Under the pieces are notes generated by a model that was not told where the DNA came from, searched no databases, and was given only the letters and a program-made list of their open reading frames with translations. The position numbers and the translations under genes are program-made. A stretch of DNA of 64,000 nucleotides from Planctomycetaceae bacterium (lineage in GTDB: Bacteria; Planctomycetota; PLA2). The stretch lies in contig WYBS01000091.1 in NCBI GenBank assembly GCA_011525755.1, positions 6,922 through 70,921 of the forward strand. Direction: 5' to 3'. Positions within the stretch are counted from its first letter, which is position 1. The number at the start of each line of letters is the position of its first letter. Of the stretch, positions 48,736 through 58,969 are shown one piece after another.

Positions 48736-50130
48736 TCAGCCTTCCTGCACGAGCCCGAAGCGAGCGAGGAACGCGGCAAGGACCTCGTGGAACTTCGCGT
48801 TCTCCTCGACGAACGGCATCGCCTTCGTCTCCCGGATCGGCGCGACCATCGAGCGCGGGAAGATCCGCTGGATCCGCTCGGCGTCCACGTGCCCGCTGAA
48901 CGGGCTCGACGCGCTGGAGAGGAAGAGGGCCGGCACGTCGAGCCGCCCTTCCCGGCTCCACGAGATCTCGGGCACCGTCGCGAACCCCTGCGGTTCGCGG
49001 GCGCGGTGGAAGAGCCACGCGATCTCGAGGTCGGCGGGGTCGAGGAACCCCTGCGCGAGCCCGATCGCGTGGAGTTTCGCGAGGAGCCCCTCGTCGAACC
49101 GCGCGCCGGTCTCGCGGAGCAGCGTGCGCGCGACGAACTTCTCGTTCGCGTCGCCCGCCGCCGCGCCGCGCCGCAGCGCGTCGGCGTACGCCCGCTTGTC
49201 GAGCGCCGTGTCGATGAGCACGAGGCCGCTGCACCGGTCGGGATGGAGCACGGCGTAGCGGAGCGCGATCCAGCCCGAGGCCCCGTTCGCGAGCACGACG
49301 AACCGCTCGATCGAAAGCGACGCGCGGAACGCGTCGAGCGCGCGCACGAGCCGGTCGACGGGGTACTCCGGGAGATCGTCGCCGTACCCGCTCCTCCCGG
49401 TCAGCTCCTGCACGCCGGGCAGCCGCACCCATGTGATGGCCGCCCTGTCCCGGAGCGGGAGGAGGTAGGGCCCGAACGCGGCGGTCGTGAATCCGAACGC
49501 CGGCAGCACGAGGATGTGGGGGGGCTTCGGGGGCGGGCCGCCCTTCCTCTCCGTCGGGACCGGCGCGACGGTCCGCGTCTCGAGCTTCACCCCCTCGTAC
49601 TCCCCCTGCTTCGCCTCCTCGTCGGCGGGTGCGAACCGCGGGTCGCCCTCGTTCTTCTTCCACCACTCGCTCCAACGTGCAGGGTCGAGGAGGCACGGCG
49701 CGGGCGTGAGCGCGCGGAGCGTCTCCACGATCTGGAGCGCCGTGCGGCGGTCGGTCTCCTTGCCGAGGGCCTCGACGAGCGCGCTGACGGCCCGCCGGTC
49801 CCTGTGGCGCGCGAGGGCGCGCGCCGCGGCGCGCCGGACGGCCGGGGTCCCGTCCTTGAGCGCGAGCGCGAGCACGGTGGCGTTCCCGAGGTCGGGCTCA
49901 AGAAGGCACGCCCAGGCGACCGCCTCGCGCGCTTTCGGCCTCCCGTCCCGGAGGAGCGCCGCCCGCGCCCGGAAGACCTCCTCGGTCCCGGCAAGCCGGG
50001 CGAGCCCCTCTACCGCCTCCCACCGGGTCTCCCAGCGAGGGGCGTCGGCCCTCTCGAGCAGGACGTCGAGGGAGCCCTCGGCGGGGGCCCTCGCCGCGAA
50101 AAGGAGGAGAACGGGCAGGAGGCGCCGCAT
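48736..50130 (-). CDS. secreted HEAT-repeat plus alpha/beta-hydrolase fold protein
   Basis: Signal peptide 'MRRLLPVLLLFAARAPAEG'. HEAT-like 'AVRRAAARALARHRDRRAVSALVEAL'. Hydrolase-like 'VVLANGASGWIALRYAVLHPDR'. Confidence 0.65.
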   Translation of the reverse strand: MRRLLPVLLLFAARAPAEGSLDVLLERADAPRWETRWEAVEGLARLAGTEEVFRARAALLRDGRPKAREAVAWACLLEPDLGNATVLALALKDGTPAVRRAAARALARHRDRRAVSALVEALGKETDRRTALQIVETLRALTPAPCLLDPARWSEWWKKNEGDPRFAPADEEAKQGEYEGVKLETRTVAPVPTERKGGPPPKPPHILVLPAFGFTTAAFGPYLLPLRDRAAITWVRLPGVQELTGRSGYGDDLPEYPVDRLVRALDAFRASLSIERFVVLANGASGWIALRYAVLHPDRCSGLVLIDTALDKRAYADALRRGAAAGDANEKFVARTLLRETGARFDEGLLAKLHAIGLAQGFLDPADLEIAWLFHRAREPQGFATVPEISWSREGRLDVPALFLSSASSPFSGHVDAERIQRIFPRSMVAPIRETKAMPFVEENAKFHEVLAAFLARFGLVQEG

Positions 50131-50371
50131 CGGCTTCCTTGGAAACGTCCCAAGGCCCGTGCAGTTTCGCACGCTTTGGCCGTGCGGCTCGGCACCGGGT
50201 GCTCAGGGAAAGGGGCTTCCCAAGCGGGTTCCCGAAGTCGTAGGATTGGCAAGCCCTGTGCATCAGGGCCTTTGGGCACCGCGGGGATCCGCCCCGCGGG
50301 GCGTGTGGCAAGCGTCCGATCCGAGAGACTCGTAGGCGAACGGGGCCGTTGCCGAGGGAGGCCCCGGTAGC

Positions 50372-50406
50372 CCGAGGGCGTCCGGTCGAGAGCCGGACGC
50401 CCTCGG
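50372..50406. terminator. perfect 14-bp stem-loop (CCGAGGGCGTCCGG-N7-CCGGACGCCCTCGG), candidate factor-independent terminator after the minus-strand prenyltransferase-like gene
   Basis: Direct reading. No U-tract. Confidence 0.4.
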
Positions 50407-50465
50407 ACCGCTCCTTCGTTCGGGCCGACGGCCCCCCTTGCCCCCGGACCCCCTGATTCCCCCCG

Positions 50466-51548
50466 CTAGCGCTGGAAGATCGGCAGATAGCCCTCGTCCA
50501 CCGAGAGGGCGAGCACCGCGAACGCGGTCGCGTGGTGGCGGCCGTGCGAGCCGCGACGCGCGTCGGCCGTGAGGCGGTCGTCCCAGAATCCCTCGCGCTG
50601 CTGCTCGTCGAGGAGGCGCGGGATCCCGTACCGCTTCCAGGTCTCCCAGTGCGCGCCGCCAGCGCGGTAGAAAGCCTGCGCCGCGTAGTAGTGGCAGTAG
50701 AACGGCCACTGCAGGTGGAAGAGGTCGCGGCCGCGGTAGGAGCGGTCGAGGTACTCGAGCCCCTTCGTGATGGGGCGGGAGTAGTACTCGCCGAAGCCGT
50801 GCATCGCGGTGAGCGCCGCGGCCGTGAGCGCGGGCGTGGACGTGTCCGCCATGTGGCTGTACTTGAACGAGCCGTCGGGCTTTTGCGAATCGCGCAGGTA
50901 CTTGAGGCCGCGCTCCTGCACCTCGCGGTCGACGACGAAGCCCGCATCCGCCGCGAGGCGGAGCGCCTGCACGACGGTGACCGTGACCGAGCCCTCGTGC
51001 ATCGTCGAGGAGCGCGGCTCGTAGCCCCAGCCGCCCGTGATCGTCTGCGAATCCTCGATCACCTGCACCGCGCGCTTGATCTTCTCCCTGAGCTCGCGCT
51101 CGCGCGCCGCGTCGGCCCTGCCCGTGCCGTAGACGAGGATGAGCGCCTGCGTGGCGTAGCCGTGGCCGTGCATCCGGGAGTCCGCGTCGCCCTCGGCGAA
51201 GATGTAGCCCGCGGGATTTCCCTGGAGGGGCGTCGGTGCGCTGTTCTTGAGCAGGAAGTCGACCGCGCGGCGCACGACGTCGCCGCGACCGGGGAAGTCG
51301 GCGTAGGGGCCGAACCCCTCCTGGTGGCCCTGCGCGAGGAACGCGAGCACGCCGAGCGCGGTGATGCCGATGATGCCGCGGTCCGGGGCGCCCCACGATC
51401 CTTCCTTGCTCTGCTCCTGCGCGAGGTAGTCGAGGCCCCTGCGGACCGCCCTCGCCCGGTCCCCCTCGAGCTCGCGGGGGGGCGCCGAGATGTCCTGCGG
51501 CCGCGCCAGGGGCGCGAGTGCCAGGAGGAGGGCGAGGGACGCGCGCAC
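50466..51548 (-). CDS. secreted prenyltransferase/squalene-oxidase-repeat (terpenoid-cyclase-fold) protein, paralog 1
   Basis: GTG start giving signal peptide 'MRASLALLLALAPLARPQ'. 'QEQSKEGSWG' and 'DSQKPDGSFKY' are PFTB-type repeats. C-terminus '...EGYLPIFQR'. Confidence 0.65.
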   Translation of the reverse strand: MRASLALLLALAPLARPQDISAPPRELEGDRARAVRRGLDYLAQEQSKEGSWGAPDRGIIGITALGVLAFLAQGHQEGFGPYADFPGRGDVVRRAVDFLLKNSAPTPLQGNPAGYIFAEGDADSRMHGHGYATQALILVYGTGRADAARERELREKIKRAVQVIEDSQTITGGWGYEPRSSTMHEGSVTVTVVQALRLAADAGFVVDREVQERGLKYLRDSQKPDGSFKYSHMADTSTPALTAAALTAMHGFGEYYSRPITKGLEYLDRSYRGRDLFHLQWPFYCHYYAAQAFYRAGGAHWETWKRYGIPRLLDEQQREGFWDDRLTADARRGSHGRHHATAFAVLALSVDEGYLPIFQR

Positions 51549-51607
51549 CCGTAGAGGGTACCCCGCGGCGGGGCCGAGACGATCGAATCCCGCGCGGGGC
51601 CGCCGCG

Positions 51608-52369
51608 TTACCGGTCCCCCTCGGGTTCCTTCTCCGCCTCGCGCTTCGCGCGCTGCGCGGTGTACTCCTCGACGAGACGTCGGTACTGGATCGGGATGCG
51701 GCTGAAGTCGTTCCGGTTGATCCGCTCCTGGTCCTCCGGCGGCAGGCGGGCGATCCACGCCTCCACCCGCTTCACCTTCGCCGCCGCCGTGTCCTCGGGA
51801 GCCTGCGGCCGCCGTTGCCGGTCGAGCTGGCGCTTGTCCTTCTGTTCGTCCTTCTGCTGGCGCGGGGACCGGGGCTGGTGCTGCTTCCGGTCCTCTTCCT
51901 CGCGCTCGCGGAGCTGCTTCTCCCGCTCCTCGGCGGACTTCTTCTCCTTCGAGTCGGAGGACGTGCCCTGCATCTGCTGCTGGCGAGGGAGGGAGTTGAG
52001 CAGCTCCTCGAGCTGCTTGACCGTGAGGTCCGCCTTCTCCCGCTCGCTCCGGAGCATCTCCTCGAGGCGCTGCGAGATCTCGCCGTGCTTCGACTCGAGC
52101 TGTTGCCGCTGCTGCGCGCGCTCCTCGGCGCCGGCGCCGCCCTCGCCTCCCTGCTCGGGCGGGAGCAGCTTCTTCATCTCCTCCTCGACCTGCTTCTGCG
52201 CCTCGACCAGGCGGTCGACGCGCGTGATCTCGAGGAGGAGGCGCTCGCTCTCGCGCATGAGGCGGGAGATCTCGGCGACCTGCTGCCGGAGCTTCTCCTC
52301 GACGGATTCCTGCTGCGCCGCGGCGGTTGCCGCCGCGAGGAGCAGCGCGAGGAAGGTCTTTCGGATCAT
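51608..52369 (-). CDS. secreted coiled-coil protein (253 aa) with C-terminal 'RRLVEEY' motif
   Basis: Signal peptide 'MIRKTFLALLLAAATAAAQQ'. Highly charged E/R/Q/K-rich. The C-terminus resembles that of the 8429-9676 protein. ATGA overlap with the upstream giant gene. Confidence 0.55.
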   Translation of the reverse strand: MIRKTFLALLLAAATAAAQQESVEEKLRQQVAEISRLMRESERLLLEITRVDRLVEAQKQVEEEMKKLLPPEQGGEGGAGAEERAQQRQQLESKHGEISQRLEEMLRSEREKADLTVKQLEELLNSLPRQQQMQGTSSDSKEKKSAEEREKQLREREEEDRKQHQPRSPRQQKDEQKDKRQLDRQRRPQAPEDTAAAKVKRVEAWIARLPPEDQERINRNDFSRIPIQYRRLVEEYTAQRAKREAEKEPEGDR

Positions 52370-55300
52370 CGTCCGTCCTCCTTGTCGTCGCCGGGCGCGT
52401 CGCCGTTCCCGGCCCCGCCGCCCTCCTCCGGACCCGCGCCGCCGCCCTCGGGCGGCGTCTCGCCCCCGGCCCCGTGGCCCTCGTCGGAGGGCCCGAGGGG
52501 GTGGTCCTCCTCCGAGCCGAAGAGCGACTGGGAGAGCGAGTCGAAGAGCTCCGCGAGCGATCCCTGCTGGTGGTACATCCGCTCGACGCGCGCCTTGTCC
52601 GCGTCCGTCGGCGGCTCCTTGCCGAATTCGGGCCGGTTCGCGAAGAAGTTCTCGCGCTCCTGGTTGAGCGACTGCTGGAGCACGAGCATCATGCGGATCT
52701 CGGCGTCCGGCGGCACGAGCACCGGCTTGTTCTGCACGTCGGTCGGCCGCTCGCCCTGCTGCTGCTGTTGCTGCTGCTGCTGGCGACGGTCCTGGAGGTC
52801 GCGTTCGAGGCCCTTGATCGCGAGGTCGAACCGGCGCACGACGTCGCCGAGGAGCTCCTGCGGGAGCAGGCCGACCTCGCTCATCTCGAGCTGCGCGGCC
52901 GTCTCCTTCAGGTCCGCGGAGCAGCCCTTGAGGATGTAGGTGTAGACGACCGCACCCTCGCCCTCGACGGCCCCCGCCTTGTCCGCGACGTCGCGCTGGA
53001 GCGCCGAGACCTGGTCGATGAGCTTCTTGAGGTCGCCCCTCCGGATGTCGCGCGTCACGCGCCCGCGCTTCTTCACCTCGGCCTCGATCGCCATCAGCAT
53101 CTCGCGATGGCCCTGCGCGGCGCGGCGGAAGTTCCGGAGCTCCTCCTTGAGCTTGTAGAGCAGCTCGTGCTGGCGGAGCTGGCGGTAGCGGCGCTCCTCC
53201 TTGTCGAGCTGCTGCTGCGCCTGCTCGAGCGCCTTCTCCGCGCGCTCCTGCGAGCGCTCGGCCTCGTCCGGGTCGCCCTCCTCGAGGGCCTGACGCGCCT
53301 GCCGCATCGCGGCCTGCGCGTCCTGGAGCGATTCGACCCCCGGCTTCTGGTCCTGCCGGCGCAGCCGCTGCTCGAGCTTTTTCACCTGGTCCTCGAGCTC
53401 CGCCTGCCGCTCGCCGATCTTCTTCATCGCCTCGCGCCCGCCGGGCGTCGTGTCGCGGTGCGACTCGCGGAGGCCGTCGAGGCTCCGCTTCGCGGCATCG
53501 ACCTTCTCGTCGGCCTCGCGGCGGTCCTGCTCCGCGCTCTTCGGCAGCCCCTGCCGGAGCCGGCGCAGCGAGCGACGGAGGGCCTCCGTGGCCTCCTTCG
53601 TCCGCTCGGCGGCATCCTCGAGGCGGCCGCGGGAATCGCTCTCGCGGGCCGCGCGGGCCCCTTCCCCGAGCCCCTTCCCGATCTCCTCCGCGCGACGCGC
53701 GGCCGCCTCCGTGGCCTTCTCGATCCTCTGCAGCGCCTCGGCGTTCCTCTCGGCGGTCGCCTGCGCCTCGCGCTGCGCGTCGGCGACGAGCTTGTCGAGC
53801 TGCCGGATGACCTCGTCCTGTCGCTTCTGCGCGGCGACCGGGTCGTCGCGGCGGATCTCGTCGCGGGCGGCAGCAGCCTCGTTCGCGGCGGCCTCAAGCA
53901 CCTCGCGCTGCGCCTCGCCGGGCCGCTCCGCGAGGCCCTTCAGGTCGTCCGCCACGAGCCCCTGCCGCCCGGCGAGGTCCTCGCTCGGGCGCGTGGCCGC
54001 GGCGATCTCGCGCATCGCGCGCTCGGCCCGCTCGGCGGCGGCGCGCGCCCGCTCCTCCGCGCGGCCGGCCTGCCCCTCGCGGGCCGACGCGGCGGCCGCC
54101 TCGAGATCCTCCTTGGCGCGCTCGGCGGCGGCGCGGGCGGCGTCGGCGGCGGCCGCCATCCCGCCCTCCTTCGCCTTCGGGTGGTCGGCGAGCGCCTTGA
54201 GCCTCTCCGCGAGAGCCTCGGCGCGGGCTGCGGCCTCCTCTGCCTTCCGGTCCTCGCCCGCGGCAGGCCCTTGGGTCTCCTTCGACGCTCCGGCGAGCGC
54301 ATCGTGCGCGCGGCGGAGGGCGTCCGCGGACTTCCGGGCGGCGGCCTCGGACGGGCGCCCCTGCTCGAGCCCCTCGGCCGCCTTCCTGGACTCAGCGGCG
54401 GCCTCCTTCAGCGCGCTCTCCGCGGCCTCCGGGGCGCCGGCGACGGCGGATTCGGCCTCGCGAGCGACGCTCTCCTCGTCCCGCGCGAGCGTCTCCCTGG
54501 ACGGCGCGCGAGCGAGCGCCGCCTCGATCGCCTCGCGCGCCCGCTCCAGGGTGAGCGCCTGCGTGCCGAGCGCCTCCGCGATCCTGCGCAGCGCGTCCGC
54601 CTCGCCCTCGCGCGCTGCCGCCGCGGCCTTCTCGATCTCCTCCTTGGCCTTGGTCGTGTCCGCCGCGTCGCGCGCTCGCTCGAGCGCCTCGCGCGCGGCG
54701 ATCTCCCTGGCCACGGCGTCCTGGCGCCGGGCGAGCGCGTCGATGGCCCGTGCCTTCTCGCCGAGGGCGTTCCTCTTCGCGGCGGCCTCTTCGGCGGCCC
54801 GGGCATCCCGCGCGAGCGCCTCGAGCTCCGCGAGGGCCTCGTTCGCCTGAGGCGTGAGGGCGTCCGCCTCGCCGCGCCGGGCGCCGGTCTCCTGGCGCAG
54901 GCGCTGCTGGCGCGTGAGGAGATCCGCGAGCCGCGTGGCGCGCTCCCGCGCCGCGTCGATCTCCTTCAACTCCGCGGCGGCGCGCCGGTCCAGATCCTCG
55001 ATCTGCCTGCCGAGCTGGTCGAGTTCCTTCGCGCCCTTCCGCGCGGCCTCCTCGGCTGGCGTGCGGGCCACGGCGTCTTGCGTCTCCTTCCGGAGCTCGC
55101 GCTGGCGCCGCGTGAGGGCGTCGGCCTCGGCGCGCGCGTCGCGGAGCGCCGCCTCGCGGTCGCCGAGCTCCTTCAGGTCGTCCGGTCCCGTGAGGACGTG
55201 GAGGATCTCCTCGAGCGTTCCCACCACGCCCTGCCCGAGCTCCTGCACCTCCTCGGTCGCGTCGGGGCGCTCCTCGAGGGTGCGCGCCATCTGTTCCATC

Positions 55301-55608
55301 GCGCGCTGGAGGTTCACGAGCATCAGCTCGGTCTCCTCGCTCCCCGCGACGCCGCCCACCTTGATCTTCTGCTGGAGGATGATCGCGCGGACGCGTTCGA
55401 GGATCTCGGCCTTCTCCTGCTCGTTGCGGCGGCGCAGGTCCTCCTTGAGCACGTCCATCTTGTCGAGGAGGTCGCCGAGCTGCTCGGCCGCGCGCCTCTG
55501 GCGCGCCGCGAGCTTCTGGAGCGTCGAGCGCGCCTCCGGCTCCTGGCCGCCCGCGGGGAGCGCGAGCGCGCAGGCGAGGGCGAAGAGGAGGATCGGGGGG
55601 ATTCGCAT
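52366..55608 (-). CDS. giant secreted Ala/Glu/Arg-rich coiled-coil protein (1080 aa) with Q9 tract
   Basis: ATG at 55608 has a GGAGG RBS 7 nt upstream. Signal peptide 'MRIPPILLFALACALALPAG'. Low complexity. The (CTG)4TTG(CTG)4 run at 52756-52782 encodes the poly-Q. Confidence 0.6.
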   Translation of the reverse strand: MRIPPILLFALACALALPAGGQEPEARSTLQKLAARQRRAAEQLGDLLDKMDVLKEDLRRRNEQEKAEILERVRAIILQQKIKVGGVAGSEETELMLVNLQRAMEQMARTLEERPDATEEVQELGQGVVGTLEEILHVLTGPDDLKELGDREAALRDARAEADALTRRQRELRKETQDAVARTPAEEAARKGAKELDQLGRQIEDLDRRAAAELKEIDAARERATRLADLLTRQQRLRQETGARRGEADALTPQANEALAELEALARDARAAEEAAAKRNALGEKARAIDALARRQDAVAREIAAREALERARDAADTTKAKEEIEKAAAAAREGEADALRRIAEALGTQALTLERAREAIEAALARAPSRETLARDEESVAREAESAVAGAPEAAESALKEAAAESRKAAEGLEQGRPSEAAARKSADALRRAHDALAGASKETQGPAAGEDRKAEEAAARAEALAERLKALADHPKAKEGGMAAAADAARAAAERAKEDLEAAAASAREGQAGRAEERARAAAERAERAMREIAAATRPSEDLAGRQGLVADDLKGLAERPGEAQREVLEAAANEAAAARDEIRRDDPVAAQKRQDEVIRQLDKLVADAQREAQATAERNAEALQRIEKATEAAARRAEEIGKGLGEGARAARESDSRGRLEDAAERTKEATEALRRSLRRLRQGLPKSAEQDRREADEKVDAAKRSLDGLRESHRDTTPGGREAMKKIGERQAELEDQVKKLEQRLRRQDQKPGVESLQDAQAAMRQARQALEEGDPDEAERSQERAEKALEQAQQQLDKEERRYRQLRQHELLYKLKEELRNFRRAAQGHREMLMAIEAEVKKRGRVTRDIRRGDLKKLIDQVSALQRDVADKAGAVEGEGAVVYTYILKGCSADLKETAAQLEMSEVGLLPQELLGDVVRRFDLAIKGLERDLQDRRQQQQQQQQQGERPTDVQNKPVLVPPDAEIRMMLVLQQSLNQERENFFANRPEFGKEPPTDADKARVERMYHQQGSLAELFDSLSQSLFGSEEDHPLGPSDEGHGAGGETPPEGGGAGPEEGGGAGNGDAPGDDKEDGR

Positions 55609-55706
55609 GGGGGTGCCTCCGCTGACGGACCGCCGCGGGTCGCCCGGATGCGCGCCCGCCGCGCCGCGGGCGCGGGGGAGCCGGGGAGATCTCGTCGGGC
55701 GCACGG

Positions 55707-57965
55707 CTACTTCTTCTCCTTGCGCAGCTCGTCCACGATGCCCTGCTCCGTCTCCTTGAGACCCTTGAACCAGCTGATGACCCCCTCGTAGCTCTCCCAC
55801 TCGCGCATGAGGCGCTCGAGCTTCTCGAGCCCGGCGAGGATCGTCCGCAGGGCGGCGTCGGCCTCGGCGAGGGCCGTGCCACGCTCCGCGGAGTCCGCGG
55901 CGGAGCCGGCGCGGCCGAGGGCGCGGTAGGTGCGCGGTCCCTCGTCCGTCGCGAGGTCGTCGGCGAGGAACGCCATCTCGAGCAGCTTCATCTGGGCGTC
56001 GCCGAGGCGGATGCGCTTCTCGACGAACGCGACCCAGAGCTCGCGGTAGAGCTCGCCGCGGAACGGCAACGCGCCGGCGTCGGACGGGGCGAGGAGGTGC
56101 CGCTCGTAGAACGGGAGGATCTGCTCGGCGGCCGAGCGGTCGTCGAGCCGGTTGAAGACGTACAGGTTGACGACGGTGCCCACGCGCGCGGCGAGCGTCT
56201 CGAGCTGCTCGAGGACCCGCCCCTGCGAGGCCTGGGCGAGGTCGTTCGCGTGCCGGAACTCCTGGGGCACGTCCGAGACGTCGCGCGCGAGCGTGAGCTT
56301 CTCGCCCGTCTCCCGCGCGCGACCGTCGGCGCGCCGCACCGTCTCGCGCAGCTCCTGCTGCCGCGCCTGGAGGATCTGCGCGAGCTCCTCGTCGCCGACC
56401 ACGTCGATACGCTGCTGGCTCCGCGTCTCGCGGGTCTTCCCGCCCGAGTCGAGCGCCTCGAGGGTATAGGTGAGCTTGTCGCCCTTGTCGATCAGCTTGC
56501 CGTCCTCGCGCAGGAGCCGCGCGAGGTCGATCGCGAAGATGCCGTGGAGCTCGGTGCCCGTGCGCGCCGCGGGGACGAGAGCGCGGATCGCGTCCCCGCC
56601 CGACTCGCCCGCCTTCACGCTGCGCGGGGACTCCTCGTTGACGCGGTACCGGAGCGTCACGCTCTCGACGCGGTAGTCGTCCTGGGCGGAGAACGCGACG
56701 AGGACGATGCCCCCTTCGAGGTACTCCGACTGGGCGGCCGGCGTCCGCACGCGGATCGACGGCGGCTGGTCCTGCACGACCTGGAGGAGGAACGTGTCCG
56801 CGCCCGGGTCATTCTCCTCGCCGTTCGTGCCGACGAGGCGCAGCGCGTACCGGAGGTTCTTCTCGGCCACGACGTCGAGGACCGCGAGGTCGGGCTCGAG
56901 GAGCTCCATCGGCCGGGGCTCCTCGGTGCCGAGGACGGCCGAGGCCTCGCGCAGCGGCAGGTTCGTGCGCACGCGGACCTTGAGCTTCGTCCCCTGCGGG
57001 ATTCGCTGTCCGCCCCCCTCGAGCTTCGCGGGGGGCCTCGCCAGGTAGTCGGGGTACGTCGCCTCCATCTCGATCCCGAGCACGGAGGGCGGCGTGAGCG
57101 CCTCGATCCCGTAGTTCTCCGCGCGATCGTCGTCCCCGCCGGTCACGGTGAACCGGTAGGAGGAGTAGACCTTCAGCGTGAACGCGAAGAGCGAGGGGTC
57201 GTCCGCCGAGGGCGTGAGGTCGATCTCGTCGGCCCGGCCGGGGCCGGCGGTCGTCTCCCAGAACGTGAAGCGGACGCGGTCGGGGACCGAGCCCTCCGCG
57301 CGCACGCGGAGGGTCGTCTCGTGCCCCAGCGTCACGCGACGCGAGACGCCCGGCTCCATCCCCTCGACGACGAGCACCGTGCGGCGCGGCCACGAGATCT
57401 CCCGCAGGAGCAGGGAGCGCTGCACGAAGATCCTCGCGAGGTCGGCGCGCGCGACCGCGGCCGTGCCGACGAGGAGCGCGACCGCTCCGGCCGCCGCCGC
57501 CCAGCGCGCCGGGATCCGCCCGGCCGCGACACGCCGGAAGGGGATCGTCGCGACCTCGCGCACCGTCTCCTCGACGACCGCGCGCATGAGCTCCCGCGAG
57601 TCCTCGTTCTCCGGGTCGTCGGCCGCGCTTGCGAAGGCGAGGCTCGAGCGCAGCCGGTCGTTCAGGCGCGGGTGCGCGCGCTCCACGCTCGCGGCGAGCG
57701 TCTCGTCGGGAAGCTTCCTGAGGAGCGGCCGGAGCAGGTTGCGGACGATCACGGTCCCCGCGCCGAGCAGGAGCATCAGGAGGAGCACCGCGCGGACGGA
57801 CAGCGGCAGGCGGAGCACGTAGTCGAGCCCGAAGAGGAGGGCGAGCGCCGCGCCGAGGAAGATCGCGAGGCGGCCCGCGCCCAGCACGAGCATGAGCCCG
57901 CGGACGCGCGTCCGCAGGCTCCCGAGGCCCCGGCGCAGCGGGCGGACGAGCTCCGCGAGGCTCAT
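55707..57965 (-). CDS. large membrane protein (752 aa), 2 N-terminal TM helices (possibly DUF4175-like)
   Basis: TMs 'LMLVLGAGRLAIFLGAALALLFGL' and 'AVLLLMLLLGAGTVIV'. The segment 'RNLLRPLLRKLPDETLAASVERAHPRLNDRLRSSL' parallels 'FLKPGIPAVAREIDARLSTDRFSSAL' of the 8429-9676 protein. ATGA overlap with the anti-sigma stop. Confidence 0.6.
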   Translation of the reverse strand: MSLAELVRPLRRGLGSLRTRVRGLMLVLGAGRLAIFLGAALALLFGLDYVLRLPLSVRAVLLLMLLLGAGTVIVRNLLRPLLRKLPDETLAASVERAHPRLNDRLRSSLAFASAADDPENEDSRELMRAVVEETVREVATIPFRRVAAGRIPARWAAAAGAVALLVGTAAVARADLARIFVQRSLLLREISWPRRTVLVVEGMEPGVSRRVTLGHETTLRVRAEGSVPDRVRFTFWETTAGPGRADEIDLTPSADDPSLFAFTLKVYSSYRFTVTGGDDDRAENYGIEALTPPSVLGIEMEATYPDYLARPPAKLEGGGQRIPQGTKLKVRVRTNLPLREASAVLGTEEPRPMELLEPDLAVLDVVAEKNLRYALRLVGTNGEENDPGADTFLLQVVQDQPPSIRVRTPAAQSEYLEGGIVLVAFSAQDDYRVESVTLRYRVNEESPRSVKAGESGGDAIRALVPAARTGTELHGIFAIDLARLLREDGKLIDKGDKLTYTLEALDSGGKTRETRSQQRIDVVGDEELAQILQARQQELRETVRRADGRARETGEKLTLARDVSDVPQEFRHANDLAQASQGRVLEQLETLAARVGTVVNLYVFNRLDDRSAAEQILPFYERHLLAPSDAGALPFRGELYRELWVAFVEKRIRLGDAQMKLLEMAFLADDLATDEGPRTYRALGRAGSAADSAERGTALAEADAALRTILAGLEKLERLMREWESYEGVISWFKGLKETEQGIVDELRKEKK

Positions 57966-58969
57966 CGGCGTGCCTCCGCGCGGACGCCTCCTCGCGGGTA
58001 CGAAACGAAAAGCGCCTCCCCATCCGTCACCGGACGCGGGAGGCGCAGGTCGAAGGTCCGCTCTGCCCCGGGCGCGAGCGGGAAGGGCTGGAAGTCGTCC
58101 GGCGCGAGGGGGAAATCGTGGCCCGCATAGCTCGCGAAGAAGAGCGGCTCGCCGCCCTTCGAGGGCGCGAGGTCGATGGGGTCGGGCATCTCGTTCCGCA
58201 GCGTGACCCGGATCGTCGAGGCGTCAAGGGTCCGGGCTTCGAGCGAGGGGCGGCGGAACCAGGAGCGGGGGGAGGGGGGCAGGGGGGGAGGGGGGGCGGT
58301 CGATGCGAAGAAGGCCTCGCCGGGGCCGGCGACGGCCTCCCGGCCTTGCCACGAGCATCGCACGTGGCCGGACTCCGTCCAGACGAACGTGTGCTCCCTC
58401 CGCTCGACGAGAAACGCGGTCCCGGTCGTCACCGCGACGAGGTCCCCGGCCGTCACGGAAAACCCCGACTGCTCCGGAGGAACCTCCAAAAAGACGCGGC
58501 CCGCGCCGAGCGCGAGCCGTGTCTTCGAGAGCAGCCGGATGTCCGTGCCGGCGTCCATCGTGATCGTGATGCCGTCCGCCGTGACGACGCGGGCCACGTC
58601 CGACGCCTCGTAGACGCCCGGCTCGCGCTCCGCGACGTGGCCGTGCACGCGCGTGAGGCCCGTGGCGCCCTGCGGCCACAGGAGCGCGAACACGATGAGC
58701 GCGGCGGCGGCCAGCGGCAGCCGGAAGCGGTGGAGGAGGGAACGCTGCCTCGGCGCGGGCTCCTCGATGCGTTCGCGGATCGAGGACCAGAGTGCCGGGG
58801 GAGGCTCGAGCCGGGGCGCCTTGTCATGGAGACGCATGTGGCGCTCGATCTCCCGGAGCTCCTTCGCGAGGTCCTTGTCGCTCGCGACCGCCGCCGCCAC
58901 GCGAGGCGCGTCGCCGGGAGGAAGCCCGCCGAGGGCGAAGGCGACGAGATCCTCCCGCGTGATGTCCAT
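57962..58969 (-). CDS. anti-sigma factor, FecR-domain
   Basis: N-terminal anti-sigma segment. TM 'LPLAAAALIVFALLW'. FecR-like 'TADGITITMDAGTDIRLL...GRVFLEV...TGTAFLVER'. Start abuts the sigma stop. Confidence 0.75.
   Translation of the reverse strand: MDITREDLVAFALGGLPPGDAPRVAAAVASDKDLAKELREIERHMRLHDKAPRLEPPPALWSSIRERIEEPAPRQRSLLHRFRLPLAAAALIVFALLWPQGATGLTRVHGHVAEREPGVYEASDVARVVTADGITITMDAGTDIRLLSKTRLALGAGRVFLEVPPEQSGFSVTAGDLVAVTTGTAFLVERREHTFVWTESGHVRCSWQGREAVAGPGEAFFASTAPPPPLPPSPRSWFRRPSLEARTLDASTIRVTLRNEMPDPIDLAPSKGGEPLFFASYAGHDFPLAPDDFQPFPLAPGAERTFDLRLPRPVTDGEALFVSYPRGGVRAEARR

Noticed and set aside
50263-50278. Sigma-54-like -24/-12 element TGGCAAGCCCTGTGCA on the plus strand
   Set aside because: The spacing matches TGGCACG-N4-TTGCA, but no plus-strand gene lies downstream. 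Both flanking genes are on the minus strand. It is likely a chance match.
52327-55791. 1154-aa plus-strand ORF, with the 56097-58130 and 61141-63699 plus-strand ORFs
   Set aside because: They are antisense to the sigma-regulated cluster genes. The minus-strand versions have signal peptides, TM helices, ATGA coupling and a GGAGG RBS. The plus-strand translations are L/R/G/E low-complexity.
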